DNA of 64,000 bases, taken from assembly GCF_009914755.1 (NCBI RefSeq), contig NC_060927.1. The stretch is one strand, 5' to 3'. Position 1 is the first letter of the stretch, and each line of letters starts with the position of its first letter. The notes under the pieces were generated by a model that did not search any database, had not been told where the DNA came from, and was given only the letters and a program-made list of their open reading frames with translations. Position numbers and translations under genes: made by a program. Below, piece by piece: positions 28,491 to 43,139 of this stretch. Source of the DNA: the human T2T-CHM13v2.0 reference genome, Homo sapiens.

Positions 28491-30983
28491 GTGGTAATTT
28501 ACTTTGCAGTAAATAATGTGCGTGTAATTCCTGTAAGTGAAAATCCTAGGGGAACAGTAGATGTTGAAAAAGAAACAAATATCATGGCTACAATAAGGAT
28601 GCCTGTAAGTGGCTTTGATAAGTTAGAAACCACAATTTCAATGTATAAAGTAGAATTGGGAAACAATAGTGACTTTTTTTTTTTTATCAACTATCTTGTG
28701 AATTAGACTTTCTTATTCAGAGTGTTTGGATTTTACAGTTTTAAATTGAAAGTATGTCAAAGTGTGAGACTAGAGTTGGTAAATCACGCTTTTATCCATC
28801 TATAAAATAGTCTATGCCTCAGTACATGACAAAATCTTGACTTCTGTTATTCATTGGACAAATATTTCTCAAGCACCTACTACGTGTCAGGCAATGTGCC
28901 ATACACTGAGTTGAGTCTGGATTAAATTACGGATCTAGCTAATGCCAGTTCTAAACTAAACCAGGGATCAAATTAAAGTGTATGTTTTCAATTCATAATT
29001 TATCACAATGGAAAACTACTAACACACAAAGGAATAGTGTTTCCTCCCCATAAGGGTTTTTCTGACATTTTGAAAAAGAATAGCTTTGTCCACAACTATT
29101 TACCAAGTCACAGTATGACCTGAGTTGGAGGTTTTCAGTTACATAGGTGGCTAAAAATAGCATCTGCTTCCCGATCGGCTGCTGAAAATCAGAATGATAG
29201 GAGTGTGTTTATTTTATCCTGGACAGTTGCTACTGACTATTAAGAATCCTGGTGCTATTTCCCGTTACTCCCTAGGAATTCTCCACTTCTCTGTTCACAC
29301 TGTTACTTGTTCTCCCTCAGTGTCTCTGTCAATCTCCATAAGGCCCAAATCACATGCCACATCTACATAGTTATCTTTGACCCTTCTGACTGGAAGTAAG
29401 TGGTTCACCCTTCGAAGCCTGCCAAGTTACATATCTGTAGCTTTTTTTAATGGCTGTTGTTGCTTTCTCCTTTATACAAAAAAATTAGTTGATTAATTTC
29501 TTGAAGAGATGTATATCAAAGACTTACTACTTACTATGCATGCTGCACTATCACACTGTACCACTGAGAAATGGAGATGAAACAGATACCAAGGAAAATG
29601 TGATTCCTACCAGCCTCACTTTTGTAACCTGGCATATGTTTGAATGTGTCTTTCTTCTGCTTAATCTGAGCTATAGGGTCACTGGGGCCAGGACTCTTTT
29701 CCTACATATGCAGCGCAGTGACTTGTACGTATTTGGCAAATAATTTAGGGAATGTGAACTTGATTTTCCTCACATTTCTCAATCTTGGTTCCCAGTTCTA
29801 TAGTTTCATGACATCTCAGCAAAGAAAGTTAATTTTCCTGAAAATAATGTGTCAATTCAGGTTTGAAAAACTGTTGACTCCCTCTCTTTATTGCTCAAAT
29901 TTAAATTACATTTACAGGTAAAAACATCCTCTGTGCTTAGCCATCAGGCACAGAGAATATGTAACACAGTCTAAGATGCAGATGTGGGGGTCTTCCAGTA
30001 ATTTAGCTAGTGCCCCGACACTTGACGTAAAATTGCAATACAATTAGAGTGTGTCTGCTTGCGTTTTGTCCTCGAGTTTGCTAAGCTTATTTTTCCATGC
30101 AGATCCAGCTCTGCTTCCCTATACCCCGTCTTTCTCAGTTAATAAAAATTGTCCTTCAATCTCTGTTTATCCTTTAGCCAACAAACCAGTTTCAGTGGCA
30201 GCATTATGGTTACAGCCCACAGAAACCTTTTCTGTGCAGTAATTTAGCTGTCAGTCTGGAAGTGGCAAAAGAGCAGAAAGATGGATGCTGAGCCTGGGGC
30301 ATTCCTGAGCCAATACCCTACATGTCCCTACTTGGATGTGCATTTATTAAAGTAGATAGGGAAAATATTTCCCCCGCTTTCTCTAGCCATTGCTACATTA
30401 TAGCTAGGGGGAAATATTTTTACTGGAACTCTGCTAATTGCTAAGAACCCTCTTATTATCCATATACAGAGGGGATGGGAGGGTAGAGATCATTTAGTGA
30501 GAGAATTGTCCTCAGGAAAAAAAAAAAAACCTGTAAAAGCAAATGACTATGACATTTGTTGGAGAATCCCCTGATAAAATATTATTTCAGCACACTGTTT
30601 TGGAGTTACTTGGCAGAGAAGAGAAAGTATGGATTTGGGAGCTTTCTGTAAAAGAGCTTGTATGAAAAGTATAATGATTTTAGGCTTATCAACTGACCGA
30701 TGAATCAACAAATTGAAGAGTTATCTCTTGACACTTCAGTTTGTAGACTAACAAGTTGTTTATCTGACTGTGCCATTAGATGTCTGAAAGAGAATGCTAG
30801 AAAACCCACAGTCAGCCTCTGGTCATCAAAATGAATTGTTAAAAATTAATTCAGATAGAGTTTATTGCTTTGCAATCTCAAAAATCTTTATTAGGATGAA
30901 ACAATAATCTGTTCAAAGATTTCAGCTGTCAGTTAGATTAAGCCCTTAAATTGAATAGTAAGTAGTATCCCCAGAAGCAGTTA

Positions 30984-31239
30984 TTTATTTTTTTTTTTTT
31001 AGACAAAATCTCTCTCTGTCGCCCAGGCTGGAGTGCAGTGGTGTGATCTGGCTCACCGCAAGCTCCGCCTCCCGGGTTCACGCCATTCTCTTGCCTCAAC
31101 CTCCTGAGTAGCTGGGACTACAGGTACCCACCACCATTCCGGCTAATTTTTTGTAATTTTAGTAGAAATGGGGTTTCACCATGTTATCCAGGTTGGTCTC
31201 GATCTCCTGACCTTGTGATTTGCCTGCCTTGGCCTCCCA
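30984..31239 (-). mobile_element. AluY-like SINE, 5'-truncated
   Basis: gcaagctccgcctcccgggttcacgccattc; ends at ..ttggcctccca; TSD CCCAGAAGCAGTTA at 30970-30983 and 31236-31249. Confidence 0.92.
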
Positions 31240-33374
31240 GAAGCAGTTAATTTTTTAATTCAGGAACATTATATATGCTTTGTACATGTAATGGCAGTTA
31301 CTAGAAATCTGTGGCTATTTTAGATTTAAATTTGCCCACCAAACTTATTTTCCATGAAACTCTTCTCTGCTGACATTTTTAGTGAATAAATGATTCCATG
31401 CAAAAGTAGGTTTAAAAAGTTTTCCCAATGTAGCTCCACTTTTGAAGAGTTACCTGAACGTTTACATATTAAATATTCTGAGTAAGTCTTATGATTAAGC
31501 TTTGTTTAAAAGCTTAATTTTGTTTTGTGAAAAACAAATTTTTTGTTTTGTTAAAAAGCTTTGTATTTTTTTTGCTTTTTAATAAAACCAAGTGTTTTCA
31601 AATCCTACATGACCACGGAAGTCTTCATTCAAATCAGACCAATTACCACATGGAAGAACAAGAGATCCTCAATCCTTCAAGAAATGTGGGGTTACTTTAT
31701 GAACCACAATGCTTCCCATGAGACATTTCCCATGACAGTGGGATTTCTAGGACAAATCTGGTCCAATATGATGGGAGCTATAAATAAACATCATTGTAAG
31801 TAAGGACATCAGGTCTCTTTTTTGTTTTCCCAGTCTTTCAGATTTGTGTGGAAAAGGAGCAACTTCTGTTGAAGTTATTTTCTGTAGGCATCTAAAGTAG
31901 GGCAACTATGCTTTGGGCCCAGATAGAAATACATTGGTCCTCCCCATATGGTCAAACCCAATATTGATAATTAATGGGCTCCTCACATAGCATGTTTTCC
32001 TGTTTTCCTAAACTACTCCTTCTAAACCAAGTGCATTGGAGCATTATTTTTTAAATCAAGGCATAATAAGCACATAGTGAATGTGCAGATCTTACATATA
32101 GAGTTTAAGAAATTTTGACATATGCTCACATGTGTGCAATGTCTGTATCAAGATAAATTTCCATCCCTCTGGATGGAAGGTTCTCTCATGTTCTTCCTCA
32201 GTTCTCCTCCCCTACAGACTGTCAGTCAACCAGTGTTCTGATTTTTATTGTCTAAGATTAATTTTATCTAGTCTAAAAGTTTATATAAATGAACCTACCC
32301 TTTTGTATCTATCTCAGTATAATATTTTTAGATTCATCCATGTCGTTGTATGTTTTAATAGTCTTTTTACTGCTGAGAAGTAGTCAATGGTACTAATATA
32401 TCTCTATTTATCTATTTTTCTTTGGTGGATGGACATTTGGTTATTTCCAGAGTGGGGTTTTATAAATAAAACTGCTATGAAGATTTTTATACAAAATTTT
32501 GTAGATACATACTTTCATTTCTCTTTGGGAAATTGCTGGATCACAGAGTGTGTGTGTGTATGTGTGTATGTATATATATATATTCAACTTCATAAGAACT
32601 GTCTAACCTTTTTACGGAGTGGTTTTACCATTTTACAATACTGTCTGTGATGAATAAGAGCTTTGGTTGCTTCATATTCTCACCAACGTGCATTATTGTG
32701 ATTCTTCGTAATTGTAGCCATGTTTTTGGTATAAAGCAGTATCTCATTTTTCCTTTAATCAGGATATCTTTGCTAACTAATGAAGCTGACCATTTTTTCC
32801 CATGGCTTTTATTCATATTTCTTCTTTTCTGAAATTGCTATATAAATCTACCTATTTTTGTTTGACTTCTATTGAATTCCAGAGTTTATACATTCTAGAT
32901 ATAAATATTTTGAGATATAGTTTGCCTATGGATATCTTGCCCATTTTGTTGATGTTTTTTGAGAAATAGAAGTTTTTTAATTTAATGAATTTATTAATCT
33001 TAACTGGTTAGTGCTTTTTCTATTCTAAGAAATCTTTGCTTACTCAAAGGATACAAAAATATTTTTGTGTTGCTTTCAAGAAGCTGTAAGATTTTATCTT
33101 TTTATCTTGGGATCTTTAATTCACTCTAACTTTTGTGTGGTATAAAGCTGGGATGTAAGTTCGTTATTAATACTCAGTTTTTGCAATACTATCTGATGAA
33201 TAGATTTTCATTTTCTTATTGTTTTGGCTCTTCCATCAATAATCAATTGACCATTTACGTGTGGTTCTATTTTTTAATTTTCTATTCCTTTTATTGATGG
33301 ATTTATCTATATGACAATGCTGCAATGACTTGGTAACTGTAACTTTAAGATAGTGCAAGTCCTCCAACTTTCTA

Positions 33375-33672
33375 TTTTTTTTTTTTTTTTCTTTTGAGAC
33401 GGAGTTTCATTCTTGTTGCCCAGGCTGGAGTGCAGTGGCATAATCTCAGCTCACCACAACCTCCACCTCCCATGTTCAAGCGATTCTCCTGCCTCACCCA
33501 GTAGCTGGGATTACAGGCATCCGCCACCACGCTTGACTAATTTTGTATTTTTAGTAGAGAAATGGTTTCTCCATGTTGGTCAGGCTGGTCTCGAACTCCC
33601 GACCTCAGGTGATCTGTCCGTCTTGGCCTCCCAGAGTGCTGGGATTACAGGCTTGAGCCATGGCACCCGGCT
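33375..33672 (-). mobile_element. AluSp/Sq SINE inserted in L1
   Basis: ggagtttc..tcttgttgccc, tttctccatgttggtcagg and ctcccgacctcagg diagnostics; TSD aacttt(c/g)tattt. Confidence 0.93.
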
Positions 33673-34799
33673 GAACTTTGTATTTCTATTGTATTATTAT
33701 TTTGGTTATTCTGGGTTCTTTGCATTTTTATATAAATTTTAGAATCAGCTTGTCGAACTCTACAAAGGAGCCTGTTGAGATTTGTATTAGAATTGTGCTG
33801 AATTTATAAATCAATTTGAGGAAAACTGACAACTTAATAATATTGAGTATTCTAAGCCATGAACATGGTATATCTCTGCATTTATGTAGGTTTTTTTTTT
33901 AACTTCTCTCACAATATTTTACAGTTTTCAGTGTTGACGCTTACACATATTCTATTAAGTTTATCTCTAAATGTTTCATTTTTTGTTCTTGTCAACAGTA
34001 TTGTATTTTATCTTAATTTCTAATTATTTCTAATATTTGGAAATATAATTTATTTTTGCATATTAATTGTATCCTTCTACCTTGCTAAATTTACTTACAC
34101 ATTTTTAATAAATATCTTAGCCCTTGTAATGGACAAATCATAGTTGTATTGTCTTTGAATAAAGACAGTTTACCTCTTCCTTTTCAAACTGAATGCTAAT
34201 TCTTTTTCTTGCCTCATTGTGCCAGACAGAACCTCTAATACGTTGTTGAATAGAAGTGGTGAAAGTGGATATTCATGTCCCTTCCTCCAATCTTAAGGGG
34301 AAAGCATTTAGTCATTTACCCTTAAGTATTATACTAACAGCTGCTTATCATTTACCATTAAGTATTATGCTAACCTTTTATTAAGTTAAGAGGGTTCCCT
34401 CTCAATTTCTAGTTTGCTGAGGGTTTCTATCATAATATGTGCATTGAATTTTTGAAGATACTTTTTCCATATCCGCTTAGATGATAGTTTTTCTTCTTTA
34501 CTCTGTTAATGTGATGAATAACATTGATTAATTTTTAAAAAATATATTACTTTTGTTTTAGAATAAAACTAGGTTAGTCATGAGGTAGTATCCTTTCAAA
34601 TATTGCTGGGCTCAATTTGCTAAAGGTTTAAGATTTTCATGACTATATTCATGAGGGATGTTAGTCTAAATTTTTCTTGTAAGCTTCTTGTTTAGTTTTC
34701 TTAACAGGATTATCCTGGCTGTATGTAATGAGTTGTAAAGGGTTTTATTCTATTTTCTGAAAGAGTGTGTATAAACTTGGTATTATTTCTTCCTCGTAA

Positions 34800-35775
34800 A
34801 ATTTGTCATTTGTCTGTTTTTAAGTGTACAATTCAGTGGCATTAATTAAACAATGTTGTACAACCATCATCATGATTTCCAAAATTTTTTCATCACCCCA
34901 AACAAACTCTGCAGTCATTAAGCAGTAACTCTGCCATCCTCTCTCCCTCAGACTTTGCCAGCCTCTAATGTACTTTGTCTCCACGAATTTGCCTGTTTTG
35001 GGTATTTCATAAAAGTAGAATCATACATTTGAGTTTGTGTCTGATTTGTTTCACTTAGAAGAATGTTTTCAAAGTTCACCCATTTTGGAGCATGTATCAG
35101 AGCTTTATTTCTTCTCATTGATGAGTAATATTAAATTATCTTTGTATAACACATTTTGTTTATCCATTTATATGTTAACAAACACTTGAGATATTTCCAC
35201 ATTTTAGCTATTTGAATAATGCTGCTATGAACATTGTTGAACAAGTACCTGTTTATGTCCCTGCTCTCAACTGTTAAAGTAGAATGGCTGGAATGTATGG
35301 TAATTTTACATCTACCTTTTGAGGAACTGCCAAACTGTATTTCCGCAGCAGCTATACCATTTTGCATTCCCATAAGAAAAATGTGATGGTTCCACTTTCT
35401 TCATATCCTTGTCAGCACTTATTTTGTATTGTTTTGAATTTAGCCATCCTACTTGGTGTGATGCTATAGATCATTGAGGTTTTTATTTCCATTTCCCCAG
35501 TGACTAATGATGTTGAGCATTTCATGTGCTTATTAGTCATTTTTTTACATTATTTGGAGAAATCTATATTTAAGCCACTTGCCTATTTCTCAACTGAGTT
35601 GACTTTTTGCTGAGTTATAGGAATTCTTTATTCTAGGTATTAAAGCCTTATCAGGTATGTTTTGCAATTTTTTTCTACTTTTAAGGTTTTTTAAAAACTG
35701 CACAAAGTTCTTAATTTTGATGAAATCCAATATACCTATTTTTACTTTCATTGCTTGTGCTTGTAGTTATTAATT
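34800..35775 (-). mobile_element. L1MB-type 3' end nested in the older L1
   Basis: aagtgtacaattcagtggcatt..ttgtacaaccatca..ttttcatcaccccaaa..aatttgcctgttttgggtatttcata is a second L1 3' UTR. Confidence 0.85.
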
Positions 35776-36422
35776 TTTTAAAAACTTTTGATTTTGTTGA
35801 TGTTTCTGTATTTTGCTTGCCTTTTTATTAATTTCTGATCTGATCTCTTTTACTTTATTATCTTCTTCTATGCATACTGTGGGTTTAATTTGCTCTTCTT
35901 TGCTCTCTCATGGTGAAAATTTAGATCATTAGACCAATTTTCCTATGAGCACTGTCTTAGCTGCATCTCACAAGATTGGGTACATTGAGTTCTATTATAA
36001 TTTAATTCAAAATATTTTTAAATTATCCTTCTGTGAGTTATTTAGAAATATGTTGCTAATTTTCAAGTATCTTTTCACTGTTGGTTTCTAATTGAATTCA
36101 GGTATGTTCAGAGAACATACTCTAATAATATTTGACACTTAGAATTTATTAAGGTTTTTGTTTTATGACCCAGCATACAGTGTATCTCATGGTGAATGCT
36201 CCATGTGCTTCTGAGAAAAATACATATTTTGTGGTTGTGGAATATAGTGCTTTTTAAATATCATTTGGATCAAATTGATTGATAGTGCTGTTCAAATATT
36301 CTACATCATTACTGATTTTTGTTTACTTGATGTATCAGCTCCTGAGAGAAGGAACATTAAAATCTCAAACTGTAATTGTACATGTGCCTATTTCTCCTTT
36401 TACTTTTGCTAGTGTTTGCTTC

Positions 36423-36428
<6 letters not shown>

Positions 36429-36472
<44 letters not shown>
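36429..36472. repeat. (AT)22 microsatellite
   Basis: Perfect AT run abutting the Alu poly-T. Confidence 0.97.
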
Positions 36473-36816
<344 letters not shown>

Positions 36817-39800
36817 TAGGTGTATATACATTTAGGATTTTTATATCTTCCTGATGAATTTACTTTTTATGATTGCTATCTCTGCTACTACTCTGTCAAA
36901 GTCTACCTTGCTGACATTTATATAGCCACTTCAGCTTCCTTGATACTAGTTTCCATTATATATTTTTAATCGTTTTTTCTTTTAACCTGTGTACTTATAT
37001 TTTAAATTTAAAGTGTAAAATATTTTTGCTTTTAAAGAGTGTAGAAGTGGAACTTACCTTTTTCTGTATCCAGTCAGTTTATTCCTTTTAATTATTTAGT
37101 CTTTTTATATGTTATATTTATATAAGTTGGGTTTATGTATACTATTTTGCTATTTGTTTACATTTCTCCCATCTGTTCATAACTATTCTTCCTTTTCTTT
37201 TGCCTTGTTAGGATTAATTCTTCTTTTTTCTGATTTTTGTTTGTTTTTTAGTATTTTGATTTTTTCTCTAAGTTCAGTAATTATACCCCTTTATATTTTT
37301 GCACTTGTTTTTAGGTATTATAATATACACCTTCAACTCATGTTAGCCTATTTTGATTTAAAGCTATATTTCTCCAAGTATAATGGTAAAACCTTACAAT
37401 GTTACCTTTCTATTTACCCTCTCCTGTCTTTTGTGTTATTTCTCTAATGTCTTTTACCTTTAGGTATTTTATGAAATCCAGAGCACATTGTTATTATTCT
37501 TGCTTTAAGCGATCACTTCTCTTTTAATAAATTAAGAAGCAAAAAATATTGCTTATGATTACCCACATGTTCATCTTTTCTTGAGCTCTTTATACTGAAT
37601 TTCCTTCTGACAGTATTTTACTTCAAGCTGAAGAACTTTCTCTGCTGTTTCCAATAAATATTATTAGAATATTAATTCTAATATTGTGCAAGTCTATATA
37701 GTGCAAGTCTTCTGGTGCTGAAGTCTAAACTTTTGTTACTCTGAAAACGTCTTAATATCACCTTTATTTTTCAAGAATAATTTTGTTGGATATACAGCTC
37801 CAGCTTGGAAGCTGGTTTTTTTAATTTCAGTAATTTAGAGATGTTCTTATATTGCCTTCTTGCCTGTATTATCGCTAATAAACACCTGTTATTCTTACTG
37901 TTCCTCTGTATGTAATGTGTTTTTTTCCTTCTGGCTGCTTTTAGACTTTTTATCTTTTAGCATTTTAAATATTATATCATTAGGTATGATTTTTCTTTTT
38001 TTTCTGATTGGCATTCATTCAGATCCTTGAATTTAAATAGTTAAAATGTATTCTGATATAATTTTATGGAAGATTACTGATTATTTTTTGCTCAAATATT
38101 TCTTCTTACCAAATCTGTCTTTTCTTAGGGGATCCTAATTGCATGTATGGTAACCTATTTTATGTTGTCCCACAGATCACTAAAGCTCTATTTTATTTCC
38201 ATTTTTAGCATCGTGCTTGATTTTAGATAGCTTCCTGTCATTCTTCAACCTCTCTGATCTCTTTTGGCATTTGAAGTCTGCTAATGTTCATCCAGTGATT
38301 TTTTTTTCCAGACAGTATTTTTCATTTCTAGAATTTTCATTTGGCTCTCTTATAGTTTGTATTTGTCTGTTGGGGTTTGCCATTTGTTAACTCATTATGT
38401 CCATCTTTTATTTAAACTATTGAATATATTTACAATAACTTTTGAAATCATTGTTCACTAATTCTAACGTTTCTGTCATGTCTGGGTTTCTGTATTCTGT
38501 TTTGTTTCTCATGATTATTTTTTCAAGATTTTGTTTTCCAGTAATTACTGAGTGTGTGCTAGGCATAGTAAATGCTATGTTGTTGGGACTCTGGGTTGTA
38601 TTATCATCCTTTAAAGATGACTGCGTTTTGTTCTGGAGTTTTATTTGTTTTGCAACTGGACTTTCAACTTGGTTTTAGGCTTTGTTGGGACAAATCTAAA
38701 GTAGCTTTATTTTAGGGTTAGAGTTGCCATACTCTTTAAGATATGGCCTTTATAAGGTTTCAACTAGATGCTCTGGGTATTCAGCAATTTTTATCCACTC
38801 CGACAAACTGAAATGTTGTCCAGTACTGTGTGGCTTTTGGAATCTTTGTTCATCTTCTAGCCCCTCAGTAGCTTTTCTCTGGCAGAGTTCTCTAAGTCTC
38901 ATCCTCTGGATATGTATCTCAGTATTTGGCTAATGACTCAGTAAGACCCCTAAACTGAGTCCAATGGGACTTCTTCCCTATTTGGTACCCTATTCTTCAC
39001 ATTCTATCTAACTCAGCAGTTCCGTGTTCCAGTTGACTCCTCCTCTTCTCAGGGAATCTGCTGCTTCCTGTTTGAGTTCCTCTTCTCTGTGCCACAGTTT
39101 GGAATGCCTTCCCCAGCAGAAACAACTCTCTCATGTGTTTCCCTTTCCTCAAGGATTAAAACAGTTGCTGTATGTGTTTTGTCCAGATTTATAGTTCTTT
39201 AGAAGAACTCTGAAGGTTAAAGTCTATATATGTTACTCTGCCATGGAAGTATATACACAAGTGTACAAAACTTTTTTTTTTTGCTATTTGTAATATAGTT
39301 TTAAAGTTTTATTTTGTTGACTTTTAATCATCTGTTTAGATTACACTGGAAATATGTTGATATCATCAATACGTATTGGATTCTTTACACATCATTAATC
39401 CTTCTCTATGCAACATCTCAGATATTTTATGAATAGAAAATTATTGGCATTTGGAAGGGGGTTCTATGAAACACCATTTTAAAGGAGATGTATGAGTTTT
39501 TCTTTTGGGATTTAGCAGAAAATGAAGGATAATGTTCCGATATTATCTCTTACTGCTATTGCATTTTTCCTTTTTTATATTCCATCTCTTTGGGGTTTTT
39601 TTTAATGTTTGTTTCCAGATCTTTGGATTTTATTTTTATTTTTAATATGTATATTTATTTTAATATAATGTTTAAATTAGATTTTAAAGTCAATTTATTT
39701 TGAGTACATTTTAAAAGAGAATTTACCAGCTTGTATAAACCCTACCATAAACTGATTTATTCCCTTAATTATCGGCAGTTTTGCCATGACTTCACAATAC

Positions 39801-40704
39801 ATTTTTATGCAATGAGCATGACAGACAAGTCATTTATGTGCCATTCTTTAAATATGAAATTACAAAGCAGAGCTTGCAGATCTTTAAGTTGGATAAGCTA
39901 TAGATTAATAGGATCCATTATTTTGAAGACAGTATAAGACATGCATCATTCCAAAAGCAGAATACCAAGAGGAGACAACTATAGATGTGCCACCTGAAGT
40001 TCAAAATACTGAATTATTTTATCAGTTGGGATTTATTCTTTGGCAAGCAATAGTGTCATCTATTCAAAATATGAAAATAGAATTTCTTTAACAAACATAA
40101 CAATGTAAATGTAAGCCATAAAATGGTAACACATCCTACATTGAAGCATGAACTAATCATTCTTAGGTTAGTCAACTTGTTTTAGGGGTTCTTTTTAAAT
40201 AGTGGATATACTTTTATTTGCCATTTCATGGAATGGGAAAAATCTGAATAACTCATTCTTCAAAGATTTTCCAGATTCTAGTAAGAAGCATGTTTGGGGG
40301 AATTCTTGGTCTAATTGTGTTTTACCATTCTCTCACATTTCTACCTACCCTCCTTTCTCTTCCTTCCCATGTTTTTCTTATTCTAGGCTCTCATCTGGCC
40401 CCTGTCAATTTTTCTTTATACCATATCCAATTCAATTCATTTATCTTCCTTTATTCTTTCCTGAACACAAAACTGAAGACAAATATTGCAATATTTATAA
40501 ATCAGATTTTTTAGTCTTGTTCAGTGCCTGCCCAAATGATGAAATAAACACTTGGCTTCATCATCTTCCTTTTATCTTGGGACCCAGCCCCTCCATAATT
40601 GCTCAGACTTGTGTCAAATCCAGTTCCATGATCTTTATTTTGACTAATCTATTGAAATAATCTAAACTGAAAGTGTAGCTGGAATTCCTTTGCACTATTA
40701 TTGC

Positions 40705-41075
40705 AAGAATGAGGGTAGGCTAAGCTGCTGTAACAAATAGACCAAAATATGTAATGTTTAAATGTGAAGGAAGCTTGCTTCTTGTTTATGTAACAACCTA
40801 AAATGGATGATCTAGGTTGGAAGAAGTTCTCCTCCACGTAACAATGCAGGGACTCAAGCTTCTTACATCTTACGGCTTTGCCATTCTCTATATCCCTGAT
40901 TAGTTAATGTGGTCACTATGGGTTCACTATATCCAGATCTCTTAGTGACAGATAACATAATGGAGGTTCAGTCAACTATTAATTTCCTGGGCCCAGAAAT
41001 GGTCCATATCATATCCACTCATATTCTGGTTATAGGAATGGTGAATTCTAAATAGCCCTGAATCATATGCCCATC
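40705..41075 (-). mobile_element. Old MLT1 (K/L-like) LTR
   Basis: gggtaggctaagctgctgtaacaaat..cagggactcaagcttct..ggcccagaaatg..ccactcatattc. Confidence 0.7.
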
Positions 41076-41321
41076 CCTCATCCAGTTCCCACCAGAAGAA
41101 CGTGCAATGGGCCATCCATAGGAAAGAACAATTTTGTTAAGGAAAGCAATAGTGGGCAAAGTAACTTCAGATGTTCAATACATCTTACAAGATTTCCCAT
41201 CTTTCTTTGTGTACTGTGTCATTTGATTTGATTCTTACAATTTGCTAACGTAAGAAGGTGATTGAGGGAAGTCAGGACATTTTTTCTCAGAAAAATTTTT
41301 TAACTTATGAAGAGTTTGAAT

Positions 41322-42191
41322 TGTTGAAGGAAAGAATCAAACTCTGTAAAATATTTAAAGAGATTTATTTTGAGCCAAATATGAGTGACCGTGGCTGGTG
41401 ACACAGCCCCAGGAGATTCTGAGCACATGTGTCCAAGGTGGTTGGGTTACAGCTTGGTTTTATGTGTTTTAGGGAGTCATAAGACATCAACCAATACATG
41501 TAAGATGTACATTGGTTCGGTCTGAAAAGGTGGGACAACTCAGGGTTGGGGGTTGGGGAAGGAGGGGCACTTCCAGGTCACAGGTGTATTCAAAGATTTT
41601 CTGATTGGCAGTTGGTTGAAAGAGTTTATCTAAAGACCTGGAGTTGATAGAAGGGAGTATCTGGGTTAAGATAAGGGACCGTGGAGAACAAGGTTCTTAT
41701 TATGCAGATAAAGCCTCCGCATAGCCTGCTTCAGAGAGAATAGATTGTGAATGTTTCTTATCAGACTTAGAAAGGTGCCAGACTCCTTACTTAATTCTCT
41801 CCTGGATAAGGAAAAAGATCTGGAAAGGGAAGGGGATTCTCTACAGAATGTTGATTTTTCCCAACAAGAGACAGCTTTGCAGGGCCATTTCAAAATATGT
41901 CCAAGAAATGCATTTTGGGGTAATATAATTCGATTTTTTTCAGGGCCTGCTACCTCATTGGTATCTTATTGCTACAAAGAGCCTGTTTTGTCTTAAGGAT
42001 TGTGTTTCAATGTTAATACTGGTCAGCTGTGGCTGAATTCCAAAGGGAGGAAGGTATATTGAGGCCTGTCTGACCACCTATTCCTTTCATGGCCTGAGCT
42101 AGTGTTTCAGATTTACTTTAGCATGCCCTTGGCTGAGAGGAGGAGTCCATTCAATTGATTGGGAGCTTAGAATTTTATTTTTTGATTTACA
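41322..42191 (-). mobile_element. MER4-family (ERV1) solo LTR, MER4D/E-like
   Basis: gagatttattttgagccaaatatgagtgacc..catgtgtccaaggtggttggg..ttagaattttattttttgatttaca; TG..CA termini; 4-bp TSD GAAT at 41318-41321 and 42192-42195. Confidence 0.92.
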
Positions 42192-42244
42192 GAATCTCAG
42201 GTTTTGAAGGATATATATTTGATTTTTTTACCCCAAAAGTGAGG

Positions 42245-42535
42245 TTAGGTGTAATGGTTCAGATTGTAGGTGGAAGAAGCCATAATTCCTGGGTTCAAAA
42301 CCAGAATCCATCATGTCTTCCTTGTATAGCCTTTTAGCCATGTAACCTTGGGCAAGTTAGCCTTTTTAAGCATCTGTCTCTTCTGCCATAAAATGGGGCA
42401 AGATAATAGTAAATACCTCATAGGTTCGTTCAGAAGAATAAATCAGATAATACACATAAATTACTTTGAAGAATACCTGGCACATAGTAAAAGCTCAGTA
42501 GTGTTATAATAGTAATGGAGATTGTTGTTATTAGA
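42245..42535 (+). mobile_element. MIR SINE
   Basis: tgtaaccttgggcaagtta..taaaatggggcaagataatag..cctcatagg..cctggcacatagtaa. Confidence 0.8.
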
Positions 42536-43139
42536 ATTGTTATTCATTCTCTCACCCAAGTACATACATGTTTTACAGGTACGAACAATTTTTGGCAGTA
42601 AAAGAGAAAGTGCTTGACAAATGTTAGATCTTAAGGATAAAAAGAAACACTAGAAAACTATAGCATTATTTATTTAACTTCATGCCTTCTGCTTGCTTTG
42701 CCCTGTGATGGTATTTCCTTTTGTTTCCCCAAAAGTCAATATTTTTTCTGTTTCTTTTTTTAAAATAGATTTTTATGTGGGGCATGTAAACAGTATCTGA
42801 AACAAAGGAAATTAAATTCTCCTAAGTATAGGAACAAAATAGTAAGAAAGCTATGAGCCTGAAATCATGGTTCACAAGAAGGTTGTAAAGGACAGCAGTT
42901 TTGCTAGCAAAGAAACCAAAAATAAGTAGAAATTGGGGCGGAGGGAGATAAGCAATTTCACAGTAGGGATCTAAGGCAAGGGGTCAAATTCATATGGATC
43001 AAAACATTATTTGGTGAAACCTTGTTGTGATGAAGGAAGAGCTTCATTTGGTTTCATATTAGCTTATTCACACTTCTCTTTGCTGTTTTCTCAATCAATC
43101 CTCCAGCGACTTGATACACCATGTCTAATTCTTCATAAA

